Assembly (NCBI GenBank): GCA_013239625.1
Contig: MU054096.1
Span: 409,098 to 473,097 of the forward strand
From: Lama guanicoe
Lineage: Eukaryota
DNA length: 64,000 nt
Reading direction: 5' to 3'
Each line of letters begins with the position of its first letter. Within the stretch, counting starts at the first letter, position 1. Made by a program: the position numbers and the translations under genes. This document shows positions 38,201-51,879 of this stretch, piece by piece. The notes beneath the pieces are model-generated. The model was given only the letters and a program-made list of their open reading frames with translations, was not told the DNA's origin and ran no database searches.

Positions 38201-41200
38201 CTTCCAAACAACCATCCATCTATCCATCACCTCTCCACCTCATTACTGCCCCCCTCAGCCATCTCAAGGGGGAATCCACATTCAAAATTCCATTCATTTG
38301 GGAAGACCAAAGTCTGGTGAGATCATCTGAAGTTGCAAATATCTGAGGGCAGGTTTAAAGCCCCCCTCAGTCTTCAGCTCCTCAGTGTGAATAAGTTTAG
38401 CAGATTTTCCCCGAAGGCAGAGCTTGGTAAGTCCTGTAAGACAGATAACAAGCCGGACACAGGATTTGAGAGGACTCATCAGAAGGCAAAAATTCATGAA
38501 AACCCGCTTCACAAATTTCTTTACAGTTAGCCTTGTCCTGCTCTGCCAAAGTTTCCCTGATAGGATTACTTGAAATCCATCTCTCCCCCAAACCACGGCT
38601 TACAAGCTTTTTCTCTTTCACCGGCTGTCCTCAGCCTCGGCCCTCAATTAACCTACTGGCTGGGCATCCGACGAGGCCCCGGTCCTTCTCCTGGAGTCTA
38701 ATCTCTCATTCAGGCCACGCCTCCTTATTTCTAGTAAAGACCCTTATCCAAAATGCCCAAAGACATTGATAGCCTCAGGCCTGATAAAGAAGCGTTTCTG
38801 GCTCATTCAGTAAGATGGAGGTCCTGGGATGCTAGAAAGCTATTTAATGAAGCACGTGGATGCACTGCCTTAAGCCACAGCGGGGGCTGTACCCAGTGCA
38901 GGCGACGTGTGGTTGCTGAGGGGGAAATGAAAGGTCAGGTGGTGTGACTATGCTAATAACCCAAACGAACGAACGGGAAAAGAGCTGGATCTAAAAGATT
39001 TCTGTAAGCTTTATGCTTCCTTTCAGCAACAAGTTTATTAGGTGGAAATTGATTTTGGCAATTCATTTATATATTTTTTTCTTTTGCCTGAGAATTTGGA
39101 AAACCACAGATTATAGCTCACTGGGGGCTTAGGAAGCCAGTCTGATGGGTTCCTATTGCAAGAGCAAGGCTGGAATGGGTTCAATGAGTTAGACCATCTT
39201 TCCATCTAGAAATCTGTTTCCCATGTTGTTCTGAGATGGTTTTAAGAGCTCTTACAAAGAACACACGGATTGTGCCAAGATGAAAAAAGAAAAGCAGGTG
39301 AACAAAGCAAGCGATGGAAAAATAAAAAGAGTTTTGTGAGTCCCAGGACCTACATCTTATTGAATGAACCGGAAACACTTCTTTCTCGGCCCGGAAGCTG
39401 GTAGATAGCTTCCTATTCTTTCCTGCAGCTTACCAGTTACATTAATTTCATTTTTTCTAATATCCATATTTTCTCCATATTTTTGAAGCTCCCTTTACCA
39501 AAAATGGCACCTTAGATAAATAAAATATGGTGATCGAGCCCCCTGTAACAAAGCCGTACCTCCTCTGCTGTCTCGTGTGGATTTCAACCATGTTTTCAAT
39601 TGTTTCTCACGTCCATATTTTGTCTTTTCTAATTAGAATTGTAAATTCCTGAAGGGAAAGCGGGTCGCTAGCGGTGCCAGCCACTTTATATGCACTATTT
39701 TATTCTGAATTCTTTCAATGCTCCTGTGTGATGGGTTAGTCCCATTTTACAAGACTGAGGCTTGAGGAGGTGAGGTTACTGGCTGAGGGTCCTATAGCCA
39801 ACTAGGTAATAGAGTAAGGACCTAAGCTCAGACCGCCTGACCCCAGGATCCTGTCTCTTCTAACTGGGCCAGCCTGCACCTGCTGTCTCAGAGTCACAGA
39901 TAAGACCTTAGTATCGATTTTGGGTTTCCCCATAAGGTTTTTTTTTTTTTTAATCATCCTTAAATATCATTTATCATTTTTTAAATCATTTATCATTCAC
40001 ATAGAAGGTGCTCGATAAATTCTTGCCAATAGAATGAATGATTTATAGCTCATGTCCTTTTTTAGAGCAATCTGGTTGGCATGGGAACAACTTTGATCTC
40101 AACTTTCTTTCCTTCATTTTGGTTCAACCTGTTTGGGATGCCTTAAATAGGCTGGAGCTGCTAGGAACAGAAAAAAAAAAGAAAGAAAGAAAGTAGAGAG
40201 CTTCTTGAAGGGCAAATCATGCCTTTTAACTCCCCCACTGTTTGCTGAAAGGGTCTTTTTGTTAAGCCCAGGGTTGTAGGAGTCACTCTCTATGGGGAGG
40301 TGAAGGTGGGGGTCTTTGTGGTTTTGACAAGGGTGGGCTAGAATTTACCCTGGAAATCTTGACTAAAATGTTTTTGTGGGTCCGGGGCACAGTTAGGTTC
40401 ACACCTAGGAAACTCTCTGAGGGCAAAGCCACAGCTTGGTTAAATCGGGTGACTCACAAGTGTGAAGGCTCATATTTTAGCACCTGGTAATCAGAGGCAG
40501 AATTAAACCACTTAAAAATGAACACTGATGAAAACTAAGAAGCTTTGCAGGGGCTCCAGGCCATGGCATATATTAGAATCTTAATTGCAACAAAGTACTG
40601 AACTACCATCCAGCTCATCCCTGATTCACATTAGAGGAATATGAGGGGACAAGGCTGGGTGGGCAAGCGAGCCTTTGTGTCCTGTCCCGGGGTCACGTTC
40701 ATGCCTGAACTGATCTGATCTCACGATCCCCTGAGCACGTTTGCTGAGTATTTACTGGATAGGCTTGGAACAGGGCAATTATGAAGTCCTGAAAGCTGTA
40801 ATATAGATCAAAAAAAAAAAATTCAAACCTCAGAAACTTGCAGAGATAAGAAAAGACAGCTGTAGTTGTACACGTGTATCTAAAATTCAATGCCTCCTGA
40901 GTTTAAAAACTGCTCTTTGGTTTCTCTAGGAAAAAAATCGCAATTGTTGGGTGGGTATCGAGGGGAGAGAGGCAAGAAAGACCCTACTGTGTGCACACTG
41001 TGCTCCTCACGGCCGCCTGTGGAGCAGAGAACAGGAGAACTGGCGAGTGCAGCCCACCTGACTTACTTTCTCTCTGCCTGGGAGAATTTGCAGATTTATT
41101 AGGACTTCTGTTTAATTTTTAAATTTCCTAACATTCTTTTTGGGATTCTGCCAGGGCTAGGAACCTACAGACATGATCAAAGTCATGGAAATGGGAGTAT

Positions 41201-42910
41201 TTTTTGCTGACTTGCAGGAGACAATGCTGGTGGCAGAGAAATGCTTGTGCTCATTAACTCTGCCTCTTTTGCCAGCTCTTTGGTCCTATGAGTGTATGCT
41301 TCATGGATTTTTTTTTAAAACATACGCTATTTAGATTTCCCACCTCTAATAGGTTTTGAGAATTTTGTCTCTGCCCACAGTTTGAAACACTTTTACCGTA
41401 AATACTGAAGTTCATGTCAATAACTAAGATTACGTTTTCGTAACACAGAAGCCAGACATCCACTTTATCAAGAGTCTCCCGGGTTCTTAGACAAGGTGAT
41501 GGAGAATCTTGGTGCCTGAAATCAGAAACAAGAAAAATAAGAATTGAATCCACATTACACCTGATCATTTTGACCTGTTTTTTTTCCCCCACTGGACTTC
41601 AAGTTCTGTGAGGAGAACCATGTCTGTTTTTGTTCCTCTCACGGTGCCTGAGGTGATGCAGAGATGATATAAATACCTGGCTGACAAGTAAATGAATTAG
41701 TGAATTGGGCAGGGGAAGAACTGTGTTTGTCCATAGTATCCACATTGTGTAGCACAGAACATGGTACTGGTATATTCAATAAAAAGTCACAGACTTGGAT
41801 ATGTTCCTGGGGCTTAACATATCAAGTTGTTAGGCTTCATAGAATTCAGCAATTATTTACTATATGACTTGGTTTTTAGAGTTAGTATTTCAGGTTGATG
41901 CTTCCCAGATAACCAAGGGTTCGATCTTATACTATGAATGGCCTACATCTCGATTGGTGCCGCTCCCTTGCCTAGTTCTGAAGCGGCCAACTCCTCGCTT
42001 GTGTACTTTGACTCAAAACTAAGTGTATTCAAAAAGCAAATCCGGCTGTGTTCAGTTATAGGAATGGGATGAGGTGGGGAAATCCAAATCATGGAGCCGT
42101 GTTATAGAAATTAGGACAGAGAATATAGCCCCCTGGATATGGTGTAATAGAGCATGAGGAACAACAGATATAAAGGTGCCTGCTTTGCCAAAAACCATCA
42201 TGACTCGCTTGACTTCTTTGTCTTTTTTTCCTTGTCTGTAACAGGGACATTTTCTGAAGAAAACCAATATCAAGGGAATCATGTCCAGGGTAGAAAAAAA
42301 TTTATAGCTAGGCAATACATATAGCTGTCTGTTTGAAAACCTACAATCACACGGTGAATACTGATTTGCTCAGAATTCAGTTCTTAAGGATAAATTTCTG
42401 ATGCTTTGTTAGAGAACTTGGACGTTCAAATACAAGTATTTCCCATTCCATCCATTTAAGGAACTTATAGAGGCCAAGTCAAATAGTCTTATCTGATGCA
42501 TGAAAATTTAAGTTCATGATTTGTTTTAAACCTTTTTCCTTTTTCTTCCTCTTCCAGGCAAGATAACACCTACCAACTCAGACTCCTTTGTCTCCCTATC
42601 TGTCTAACATGTGATACTTTGATCAAATTAAAATACTTTCTCAATGCACTATCAAAGAAATTCTAACCATCATGCATCAACAGCCTACAGGAAACCACCA
42701 TCTTGATGCTTGAAAAGAAACAGGAAGCTATGCTTATCTCTGGGCCACCAAGATTTCTGAAGCACCTACCTATTCAGCTGGGTTCCTATTTTGACACCAA
42801 AGCTGTCACAGCACGCATGGCATTTCCCAAGACTTAATCTGGTTCTTTATAAAACCACGGCAGAAGTTCACGTGCCAGGAAGAAAGGGGAGATATTAAAA
42901 CAGTTCAACA

Positions 42911-43022
42911 ATGAATATACGTATGTTGGTGTATAACTGAAAAATTGTGCTCTACACTGGAAATTGACACAACATTGTAAACTGACTGTAACTCAGTAAA
43001 ATAAAATAAAATAAAATAAAAT
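42911..43022 (+). mobile_element. L1 3' terminal fragment
   Basis: TSD AAAACAGTTCAACA / AAAACAATTCAACA; (TAAAA)n tail. Confidence 0.85.
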
Positions 43023-44261
43023 AAAACAATTCAACATCAGATAACAATTTGGGAGTGTTTTCAAATCCCATGTGATATGAAGAGGAGGGTCTCACGCTGT
43101 ATACACAGTAGGAACTAAATTCTGGAAAACACACTCATAAACATACACATACACACAAAGGCTGGGAAAGAAGATGGAGAAAAACCCACCACAAGGCAGA
43201 AGTTGCTCTCTTGAGATAGTGGATGCAGGGCAAAGTTTTACCTGCTTCTTTCTGCCTTTCTGTCTTATCCAGATTACATCCAATAAACATGTATTACTTT
43301 TGTAATCAGAAAAAGGTTAAAAAAGAAATATTGTGGAAAACAATATTAAATAAAGCCGTGGTCCTCTGCAGATATTCCATATCAAGCATCAGAGAATTTT
43401 CAGTGGAGAGGACCCATCTAGTCTAAGCACCATAATTTAAGAGAGGAGGAAAGTAAGCTCGGAGAAGTAAAATGACTCACTCAAAGTCTGAGGGTAGAGG
43501 TGGGGAGGGAGGTGGGGGGAAAGCTGGATTAGAATCTCAGGTAGGAGCTCTCTGAGAGCTAACAATGTAGTTACTGTTGCAGAATCCTTAACATACATGG
43601 AATATGGGGGTAGTTCTCCAGATTAAAAACTATTTTAAGATCTTCTCCAAGAGTTCACTGGAAGGAAAGTGCAACTTTCTTCAAAAGCGTGGTCAGAGAT
43701 CCTGTCCCATTTGACTTGACTAATACGAGCAATGGTAAGAAAACCAGCTCTGTCACCCCTGGCACCAGGTGAGATCAGTTGCATCACACTGAGGGGCTGG
43801 TCCCCAGGTGGACTTGAGATCCGGCACCTGCCCTCTCCCCCAGCCATCTGAAACTTGCCTCATCCACCCACAGACAGGGGAGGAGGGAAAACCAGATTTT
43901 GATGCTGTGAACGGGAGCCCCAAATAAAACACAATAACCGTGTGGGAGAGGTTTTGGAAAATTCCAATTTATAGATGAGTAAACTGAACTTGAAGAGTTA
44001 AAATATTTGTCTAAGATTATTGCTAGTGAATAGCATAGGCAAAAATCTGCACCTGGGGCACCTTCTACCCAGACCAGTGCACTTTCTAATCTTTCCAGCC
44101 ATAAAATCCTATTTATTAGGAAGTTTACTACCCAGTGTGTGAAATAGATGTAACAGAACGTTAAATTGGAAGTTTTGGCTCAAGCACAGGGGTAGAGGTG
44201 ATATTGCACACTAGTAGGTGGAACTCTCAAAGCAGACACTAACCTGTCAGAGATCTGAGAT

Positions 44262-45465
44262 GGATGCTGTTTGCCCCACCCAGGTCCCCTTTACTGGGCT
44301 GGTACCTCTGTCCCTCATCTACTGTGACTGTTGACCCTTAAGGGTTCAAGGCTGCCTCCTTATCTGGAATATTTCTCTGAGCTGAACCAGCAATGGGACC
44401 CACCTCACCCACCTCTCATGACTGACTGACATGGAGTCCAAAGGCTGATCTTAAGGTAGCACTCAGCTTGTGGAACTGTCCAGAGCGCCTCATGGGATCT
44501 GGTTGAAGCCTGTTTCCAACTGAGACCACATTCTCACTCAGCTTCTCTCCTGTCTCATTTTGCTTCTCTCATTCCCTTTTTCCCAAAAGCACTCCTTCAA
44601 TAACTCACTTGAACAAGAATGAGAGTTGCCAGATGTCAGAAAAATCAACACACAAGATACTCAGTTGTTTGAACTTCACGTAAAAAAGAATAATATGTTA
44701 GTGTGAGTGTGTCTTAGGCAGTGTTTGGAATAGACTTTTATGGAAAAAGTATTCATTGTTTATCAGAAATTCACATGCACCCCAATGTTCATAGCAGCAC
44801 TATTTACAATAGCCAAGACACAGAAGCAACCGAAATGTCCATTGACAGATGACTGGATAAAGAAGCTGTGGTATATTTATACAATGGAATACTACTCAGC
44901 CATAAAAAAGAATCAAATAATGCCATTTGCAGCAACATGGATGGACCTAGTCATAGTCATTCTAAGTGAAGTAAGCCAGAAAGAAAAAGAAAAATATCAT
45001 ATGATATCACTTATATGTGGAATCTAAAAAAAAAAAAGAAAAAAAGAGGATACTAATGAACTCATCTATAAAACAGAAACAGACTCGCAGACATAGTAAA
45101 CAATGCTATGGTTACCGGGGGAAAGGGGGTGGGAAGGAATAAATTGGGAGTTTGAGATTTGCAAATGTTAGCCACTAAATATAAAAATAGGTTAAACAAT
45201 TCTTCTGTAGAGCACAGGGAACTATATTCAATATCTTGTAAATAACCTTTAATGAAAAAGAATATAAAAGTGAATATATGTATGTATATGCATGACTGGG
45301 ACTTTGTGCTGGACACCAGAAACTGACACATTGTAACTGACCGTACTTAAAAAAAAAAGAAAAAGAAAGAAATTCAAAGTTAACTGGGCATCTTCTATTT
45401 TATCTGGCCATCCTAAAAATAATTCATATTTCAGACTCTGCTTCTAGGGATCTTGAGCCACAACA
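44262..45465 (+). mobile_element. LTR16-like solo LTR containing MER53 (about 44621-45414), which contains an L1
   Basis: LTR text resumes after MER53 (CAGACTCTGCTTCTAGGG..ACA); MER53 halves GTTGCCAGAT... and AAGTTAACTGGGCATC..TTTATCTGGCCATCCTA. Confidence 0.7.
44773..45365 (+). mobile_element. Young L1 3' fragment with an open ORF2 C-terminal segment
   Basis: ORF 44740-45027 gives [43 protein letters not shown], the L1 ORF2 C-terminus; TSD AGAAATTCA. Confidence 0.95.
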
Positions 45466-45919
45466 TCTCATCCACATCAAATATATGAAAGTGACCAGTT
45501 GTGAAAATTAAAGGATTGTACAGAGGGATCTCGTTAGTAATCCCCTCCACCCTCCCACATACAAAAGTTAGGGAATGGTGTGCGCTATGCTGTTTTCAGA
45601 TCCCAAGCTAAATAGAGAGAAGACCTTTAGCAGAACCACCAGAAGCACTTCCCACCTGTCCCCACAGCTGGGGCCACAGTGGAGCAATCTACCTGTGAGT
45701 CCCCGCGATTACAGCCAGGAAACCACTGCTTCCCCTTCGAGGACCATCACAGAGTGTGATTTCAGGGACCACGGGAGGAAAGCAGACTTGGGGTCACTTT
45801 TGAAAGAGATTATTCCTTAAAGGGTGGCCTGCCAGGGAAGGGAAGGGAGCCCCAGCAAGGTGTCAGGGGGACTGAGGGGGCTTCAGAAGCATCCAGGCAA
45901 AGGGGAAATAGAGCTCAGG

Positions 45920-46122
45920 GCAGGGGTGGGAAATCTTTTCTCTAAAGGGCCTGATGGCTAATGTCTGAACCTCAGGTCATACAGTCTGGTGCAATTACTC
46001 ATCTCCGAGCTGCCCTAGACGTTAGGTAAATGAATGGGCATGACTGTGTTCCAATAAAACTTTATTTACAAAAACCAGGCAAGGGAGGAGTTTAGCCCAT
46101 CTGCCATCATTTGCCAACCCCT
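45920..46122 (+). mobile_element. MER58A (hAT-Charlie)
   Basis: CAGGGGTGGGAAA...CTGTGTTCCAATAAAACTTTATTTACAAAA...TTTGCCAACCCCTG. Confidence 0.85.
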
Positions 46123-46546
46123 GGTTTAGGACTAAAAAGGAGAAATTAGAGGGAACCAGTAGGGGAACCTACAAAGAATCTATGAATTGCCCACGAGTGG
46201 GTCCCTTCACATGTCTGACCGTTTCCTGTCTATGACAGCCTGGTGGCATCGTCTGCTATCATGTTACCTCTGTGCTTCCCAAACCACAGCTTTGGAAAGA
46301 TCAGAAATGGAAATCAACAAACTGAAGGACAGTGGGAAAGAGAAGGCTCAACTTTAAATCAAACCTGCAGTTTTAACAAAGAGACTGGGTATGTTTCATG
46401 ACTGAATTGAGACTCGGATGCAAAGTGACAGTGCAATTGTCTATTAACATTCTATTAATGCCTATTAACGTCAAGGGACTAGAAAGGCACACATGATTAG
46501 TTTTCCACCAGTGGCTGAGAAAATCGCTCTCCCCTGGATGAATTTT

Positions 46547-46723
46547 TTTTTTAATAACATCTTTTTTTTTTAAAGGCATTTTTCTCATGTAGTTTTTTTA
46601 CTTTATTTGGGGGAGGGGTAATTAGGTTTATTTGATTATGTTTAATGGAGGGACTGGGGATTGAACCCAGGACCTGGTGCATGCTAAGCACACACTCTGC
46701 CACTTGAGCTATGCCCTCCCCCT
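46547..46723 (-). mobile_element. vic-1-like SINE with an extended 3' segment
   Basis: 17-bp TSD at 46530-46546 / 46724-46740 with 2 mismatches. Confidence 0.9.
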
Positions 46724-47068
46724 TCCCCTGGTTAAATTTTAAAGGGAGAGTGAGTGACAAAAATGAAGGTGCATTTTTTATTACCTGGTAGATGTCCTGC
46801 TCTTCGAGGTCCCTCTTAACATTGATATTTGTGGGTCCTCATCTGGGATGGAATCTGAAAATGTTCCTAATGTTGGGGACTTTCCAAAGAAGCCAAGGAA
46901 ATTACCTCTTGAGAGAGAGGAGTCAGTTTAAATACCGGTGAAGTCTGGAGCTCACAAAGCCAGGAGAGGAGGAGGCTAGTAAACGTTCCCCTTTCCTTAA
47001 TCCTCCATCTTCCTCTCTGTTCAATCAGAAGAGTCAGACAGGGTGAGAGATCAGAAAGAAAAGGTAGT

Positions 47069-47195
47069 GATTAATGAAAAAGAGTGTGAAGACAAATATG
47101 TGTATGTGTCTGCATTGCTGGGACATTTTGCTGTACACTAGAAATTGACACATTGTAGCTGACTGTACTTCAGTAAAAAGAAAAAAAAAAGAAAT
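47069..47195 (+). mobile_element. L1 3' terminal fragment
   Basis: GCTGTACACTAGAAATTGACACATTGTAGCTGACTGTACTTCA plus poly-A. Confidence 0.85.
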
Positions 47196-48076
47196 AACAG
47201 CTAATGAGGGGCGGGGGGAGTGAAGGAAGGCGAGGTGGGTGAGCACACCCCTTCCCTGAAGGCAGAGGGGGCTGGAGATGGGGGTTACGTTCGCTTTGTT
47301 CACATGTGACTTTCCAAAGAATCCAAGAAAGGGTCCAGTCCTAACCCAGGTCTGGCCAAACATCGTGTGAGCCTAAATCCACTGTGATTGACTGCTTTGA
47401 CTCCGATCTCTGAATTATGGCTGTTTCTGACTTGAAGTGACTGTAGGACTTCAGTCTTTCAGGACTTTTTTTTTCTTTGCATGCATGCATGCAGAAAAAG
47501 ATTTGTTAAGTTAAGAGAACTGTTAGAATTTTTTTTAGACCACTCAAACATTTTCAAATGACTTAGGAAACCATTGGCATATATTTAATAAGCAGGTTCC
47601 ACTTTCACAGTTTTCTCTGCTCCCACCCTCAGCGTTCAGGTATCAGATTCATTTCTTTATCATTTAGGTTTCTCTTTCTCACAGTCACCTGGTGCCTAAG
47701 GATTGATGGAGACATCAATGGTGGGAAAGGCTGTTCGCACTGAGCAGGACTGAGAGACTCAGAAGTTTCTGTGATGACCTCCTAAGATTCCCACCTGTTC
47801 CACATGCTGGGGAGACAGGGAAACGCAAAATGGGGCAGGATTCTGGGAACCTTGCCTGCCGCCGCCCGCCCCCCCCCCCCCACAGGAAACCCAGGGTTTC
47901 AGGACGCAGTTTGCCAACCACTGCAGCACATCTGATGCTCCCTTAATTTGGAAGCCTGCAGAGAACGGCTCCAAACTGCCTGAAAGTGTGATGACACCAA
48001 TTAACGACTGCTTGGCATCTTCCTTGGGATGTGCTACAGACCGACACCAGAGCGCATTCCAGACGATGCTGTATTT

Positions 48077-48290
48077 CAGGGGTCAGCTAACTCTTCCTCT
48101 AAGGGGCCAGATAGGAAACAATCTAGGTCTTGCGGGCCAGGTGGTACCCAGGACAGCTACTCAGCTCTGCTGCTCTAGCTCGAAAGCAGCACAGACAAAG
48201 CGTCAGCAGATGGGTATGGCTGTGTTGCAGCAAGATTTGACTTCGATAAACAGGCAGTTGGCCCATGGACCAGAGTTTGCCAAGCCCTCA
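48077..48290 (+). mobile_element. MER58A
   Basis: CAGGGGTCAGCTAACT..AAGGGGCCAGATAG...GAGTTTGCCAAGCCCT. Confidence 0.8.
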
Positions 48291-48309
48291 GATGATGCTG
48301 AAGGATCTA

Positions 48310-49200
48310 TTCCCTGTTTTTCCAATCAGAGGCCCCAGTTTTCTTCCAGAACCACCCCTCCCAGCAGCTCTTGTCCTGATCCACATGGTTCAGGTGGCTC
48401 CGGCTCCAGTCCTGACCCAGGGTGGACACGTGACCCAGGTCCGGCCAAACATCATGTGATCTTATTTCCACTATGATTGACTAAGGGTGGGTCCTTGAGT
48501 CAAAGTCAAATTAAATTAAATTAAATTAAAAAGTAAGGGGTTCTTGCTTGGGTAGCTCTAGACTTCAGTCTACAAAGATGTATGCCTGAATGTTTGGACC
48601 AGCATCTCCCTGTCTAATACGAGGATTCAGTTCCCTGGAAAAGCAGAGTGGGGAGAATGGAAGTTGACCTGAGAAGGCAGGGAGCCCAAGCAAGGATGCA
48701 CTGTTTGGTGAAGTTTCAGCTGTGGCTCAGTTCTGCGGGAGGTGTGGCAGCTCCGGGGCCGCCCCGGCTGCAAAGGCGCTTGTGTTGGGGCGAGGGGATC
48801 AGGGTATTGACATATCTGCATCTGGGACTTTTGCCACCCTCAGCCGGTGGTTCTAACTCTCAGGGCAGGGCCAGGCAGTGCTGCCTTCAGAATCCAAAGG
48901 CAAGGAAGCTGGTCTGTTGCAAATGAAAGGCACCAGGTAAAGACAGGTCTATGGGGGCCGTGTGCAGAAAATTAACAGTCTCTGCTACACTTTTAGAGAG
49001 AGGAGCGGACAGAGAAAGGGGGAGGAAAAGAGATGGGGGAAGCATGAGGTCAGAGGACAGTTTTTGGACCCCTGAGGTTGGTATTCCTAAAACCCTAATT
49101 TAGCCCTGGACTTTGCAGTTATACAGTGGTGGGGAGGAGGGGGAGGGAACGTCTTGAAGTTTTCTATTATTTGCAAGCAAAAGTGTCCTAGTTAGTAGAC
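48310..49200. mobile_element. Old MLT1-like LTR with an inserted ERVL-type LTR remnant
   Basis: CACGTGACCCAGGTCCGGCCAA core and TTTCTATTATTTGCAAGCAAAAGTGTCCTA end; the middle is a different degenerate LTR. Confidence 0.45.
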
Positions 49201-50158
49201 ACACAATTTGATCAGCTTTTGCCATAACACAGAGTGGGAAGAAAATGAACCGTAAGAGGTGGTAAATTGGCCTTTGGACCTCGAATCTTGGAAATAGCAT
49301 CTCTCGGCTGAGCTTCTGTGTCGCCACTTCTGTTCTCAGTCACAGCCCGACTGGAGAGCTGCAGGGAGAAGGGTCTTTCACACCCTTATAAAAATCCAAC
49401 CCCTGAGAAAGGGGAGAGCCTGAAAAGTCTGACCCCAGCTGGCGGTGAACCCCAGGTGCACTCAAGACCTTAATAAATAATGGAGCGCAAGCAGAAGGCA
49501 AGGCAAGAGATGTGGGAAATGCGATATCTCAGTTCGGAAGCCCGGTGGACCATCGTGGATGGAGAGAGATTAAGTGTGAGAAATCGCTCATCCCTAACAG
49601 ACGGTCGTTGCCTAGGCTCTGCTATCCTGAGAACCGTTCAGCCTCAGTAAGTCACCGGCAGCAAAATGTGCATTTTTTTTCACTTCAGAGGATTTAGCCA
49701 GTTGATTAAGTACAAAAAGTGGGAGGTTGGTGGGTAAAAGACTGAGCTCTCACTTCAGGGAATTCTGTCGAGCTCTCCAAGAAACGGAGTTCACATCTCA
49801 GCTCGGGGACTCTCGCGGGTAACAGCTCACATCAGAAGACAAAAGTAAAAACACGGGAGAATGAGTGGAGACGAGTAGAAATCTTGCACTAGATCTGATT
49901 TGAAATCACCTCCTACTTGTTGAGAAACAGAGACTCTGTGATGCCTACAGAGAAGGACATGAAAGTATTCGTCCCCTCTAATTAAAGAATAATCTTTTTC
50001 TTACTTTTAAGGGAATCTGCTTGTCACGAGGATAGGAACTCAAAATTCATTCAAAGATTTGCAAATGTTAGTGTGTTCAGGGCTGGATTTACCGATGGGC
50101 AGACTGGATGAGATGTAACCTGGTGATGTTGCTGCCGTGGAATCTCTGCAGGCCTTTT

Positions 50159-50298
50159 CTTTTTAATTTTATTTTTTTATTTTGAGAGGGAGGTAATTAG
50201 GTTTACTTATTTCTTTGTTTTGAGAGGAGGTACTGATTGAACCCAGGACCTCGTGCATGCTAAGCATGCACTCTACCACATGAGCTATACCCTCTTCC
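50159..50298 (-). mobile_element. vic-1-like SINE
   Basis: GAACCCAGGACCTCGTGCATGCTAAGCATGCACTCTACCAC..GAGCTATACCCTC. Confidence 0.9.
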
Positions 50299-50538
50299 TA
50301 CAGGTTTTTTTTTTCTTTTCATGCTATTATTTCAAATATCTAATAAAAGACCCTAACTCCACCACTCAGTAGCTGCGTGAGCTTAGGTATTCTTAGATCT
50401 TTTAAGTTCCGATATTCCTCTGCTACAAAATAAGATTCTAAAAGAAAATGTTTGATAGGGGTCATTCTGAGAATTGTGAGTTAATCTACAGAAGGTATCT
50501 TCACATACTAAGCATGAAACAAATATTAGCTAGGGTAA

Positions 50539-50539
<1 letters not shown>

Positions 50540-50582
<43 letters not shown>
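50540..50582. repeat. (TTA)n microsatellite
   Basis: About 13-14 consecutive TTA units. Confidence 0.95.
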
Positions 50583-50585
<3 letters not shown>

Positions 50586-51109
50586 TAGCATCATCGTAAT
50601 TACTAGGGCAGGTCTGAACAAAAATGAAAAATGTGGAGCCCATTTCCCGACACCAGCTTTCCAGTTTAGCCTTTCTGAGCACTCATCTCCTGCACTGGTT
50701 ACAAGAAAAGAACTTGAACTTGGAGTGAAGCCCTGGGATCTCGTCTCTGCCATACAACCTCACACGAGTTACACACCAGTCTCCCAGTCTCAGTTTCCTT
50801 ACCTTTAGAGGTGAAGATACCCACGGGATCGGCTTGTGGGAGAGATTAGATAGGAAACCTCTCCCACGGTGCCTGGTGGGCATTCGATGAGATTTACATC
50901 CACCCCACCTCCTTCCCTGCCAGCCAGAGACTCCCCTGACCCAAAACCCAGCTGCAGCTTCCTGGGTGTACGCTAAGCCTCCTGGTCCTGCCCTGGCATG
51001 ACCTCAGTTCTCCAGATCTTGTTTTATTCTCTCTCTCTCTCAATTTGATAGAGCATTTGATTAATGGCATTAATAATATCAATTTATTCAAGAGAAGTTT
51101 TTAGGGAAC

Positions 51110-51714
51110 CCTGATTCCAAAAGACACATGCACCCCAATGTTCATAGCAGCACTATTTACAATAGCTAAGACATGGAAGCAACCTAAATGTCCATCGACA
51201 GATGACTAGATAAAGAAGCTGTGATGTATTTATACAATAGAATACTACTCAGCCATAAAAAGGATAAAATAATATTGTTTGCAGCAACATGGATGGACCT
51301 AGTGATTGTCATTCTAAATGAAGTAAGCCAGAAAGAGAAAGAAAAATACCATATGATATCACTCATATGTGGAATCTTAAAGGAAAACAAGGACACTAAT
51401 GAACTCATCTACAAAACAGAAACAGACTTGCAGACATAGTAAATAATCTTATGGCTACCAGGGAAAGGGGGTGGGAAGGGATAAATTTGGGAGTTTGAGA
51501 TTTACAAATGTTAACCACTATATATAAAAACAGATTTTAAAAAGTTTTTGCTGTAGAGCACAGGGAACTATGTTCAATATCCTGTAATAACTTTTAATGA
51601 AAAAGAATATGAAAACAAATATATGTATGTATATGCGTGACTAGAACATTGTGCTGTACACCAGAAATTGACACATTGTAACTGACAGTACTTCAGTTAA
51701 AAAAAAAAAAAAGA
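51110..51714 (+). mobile_element. Young L1 3' fragment (ORF2 C-terminus plus 3' UTR)
   Basis: Closely similar to the copy at 44773-45365; ORF2 frame disrupted. Confidence 0.95.
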
Positions 51715-51879
51715 AATGTCTTTGATGACTTATTAGGGTAAACAGTGAATAAAACAGATAAAAATTCCTGCCCCTGAGAATCTACTTCCACAGGCCTTAA
51801 GTTGGGTTGCCGGTTATGCGCAGAAAACAAAGGAAACAGTGTAACAGCGTGGGAAATGGGAATCATTCTCCCCCACCCC

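Noticed and set aside
41910..41930. GGTTCGATC B-box-like motif as a Pol III gene
   Set aside because: No A-box, cloverleaf or terminator arrangement found.
44740..45027. 95-aa ORF as a host gene (likewise 51221-51439 and 1175-1453)
   Set aside because: 44740-45027 and 51221-51439 read the L1 ORF2 C-terminus; 1175-1453 is an antisense L1 reading.
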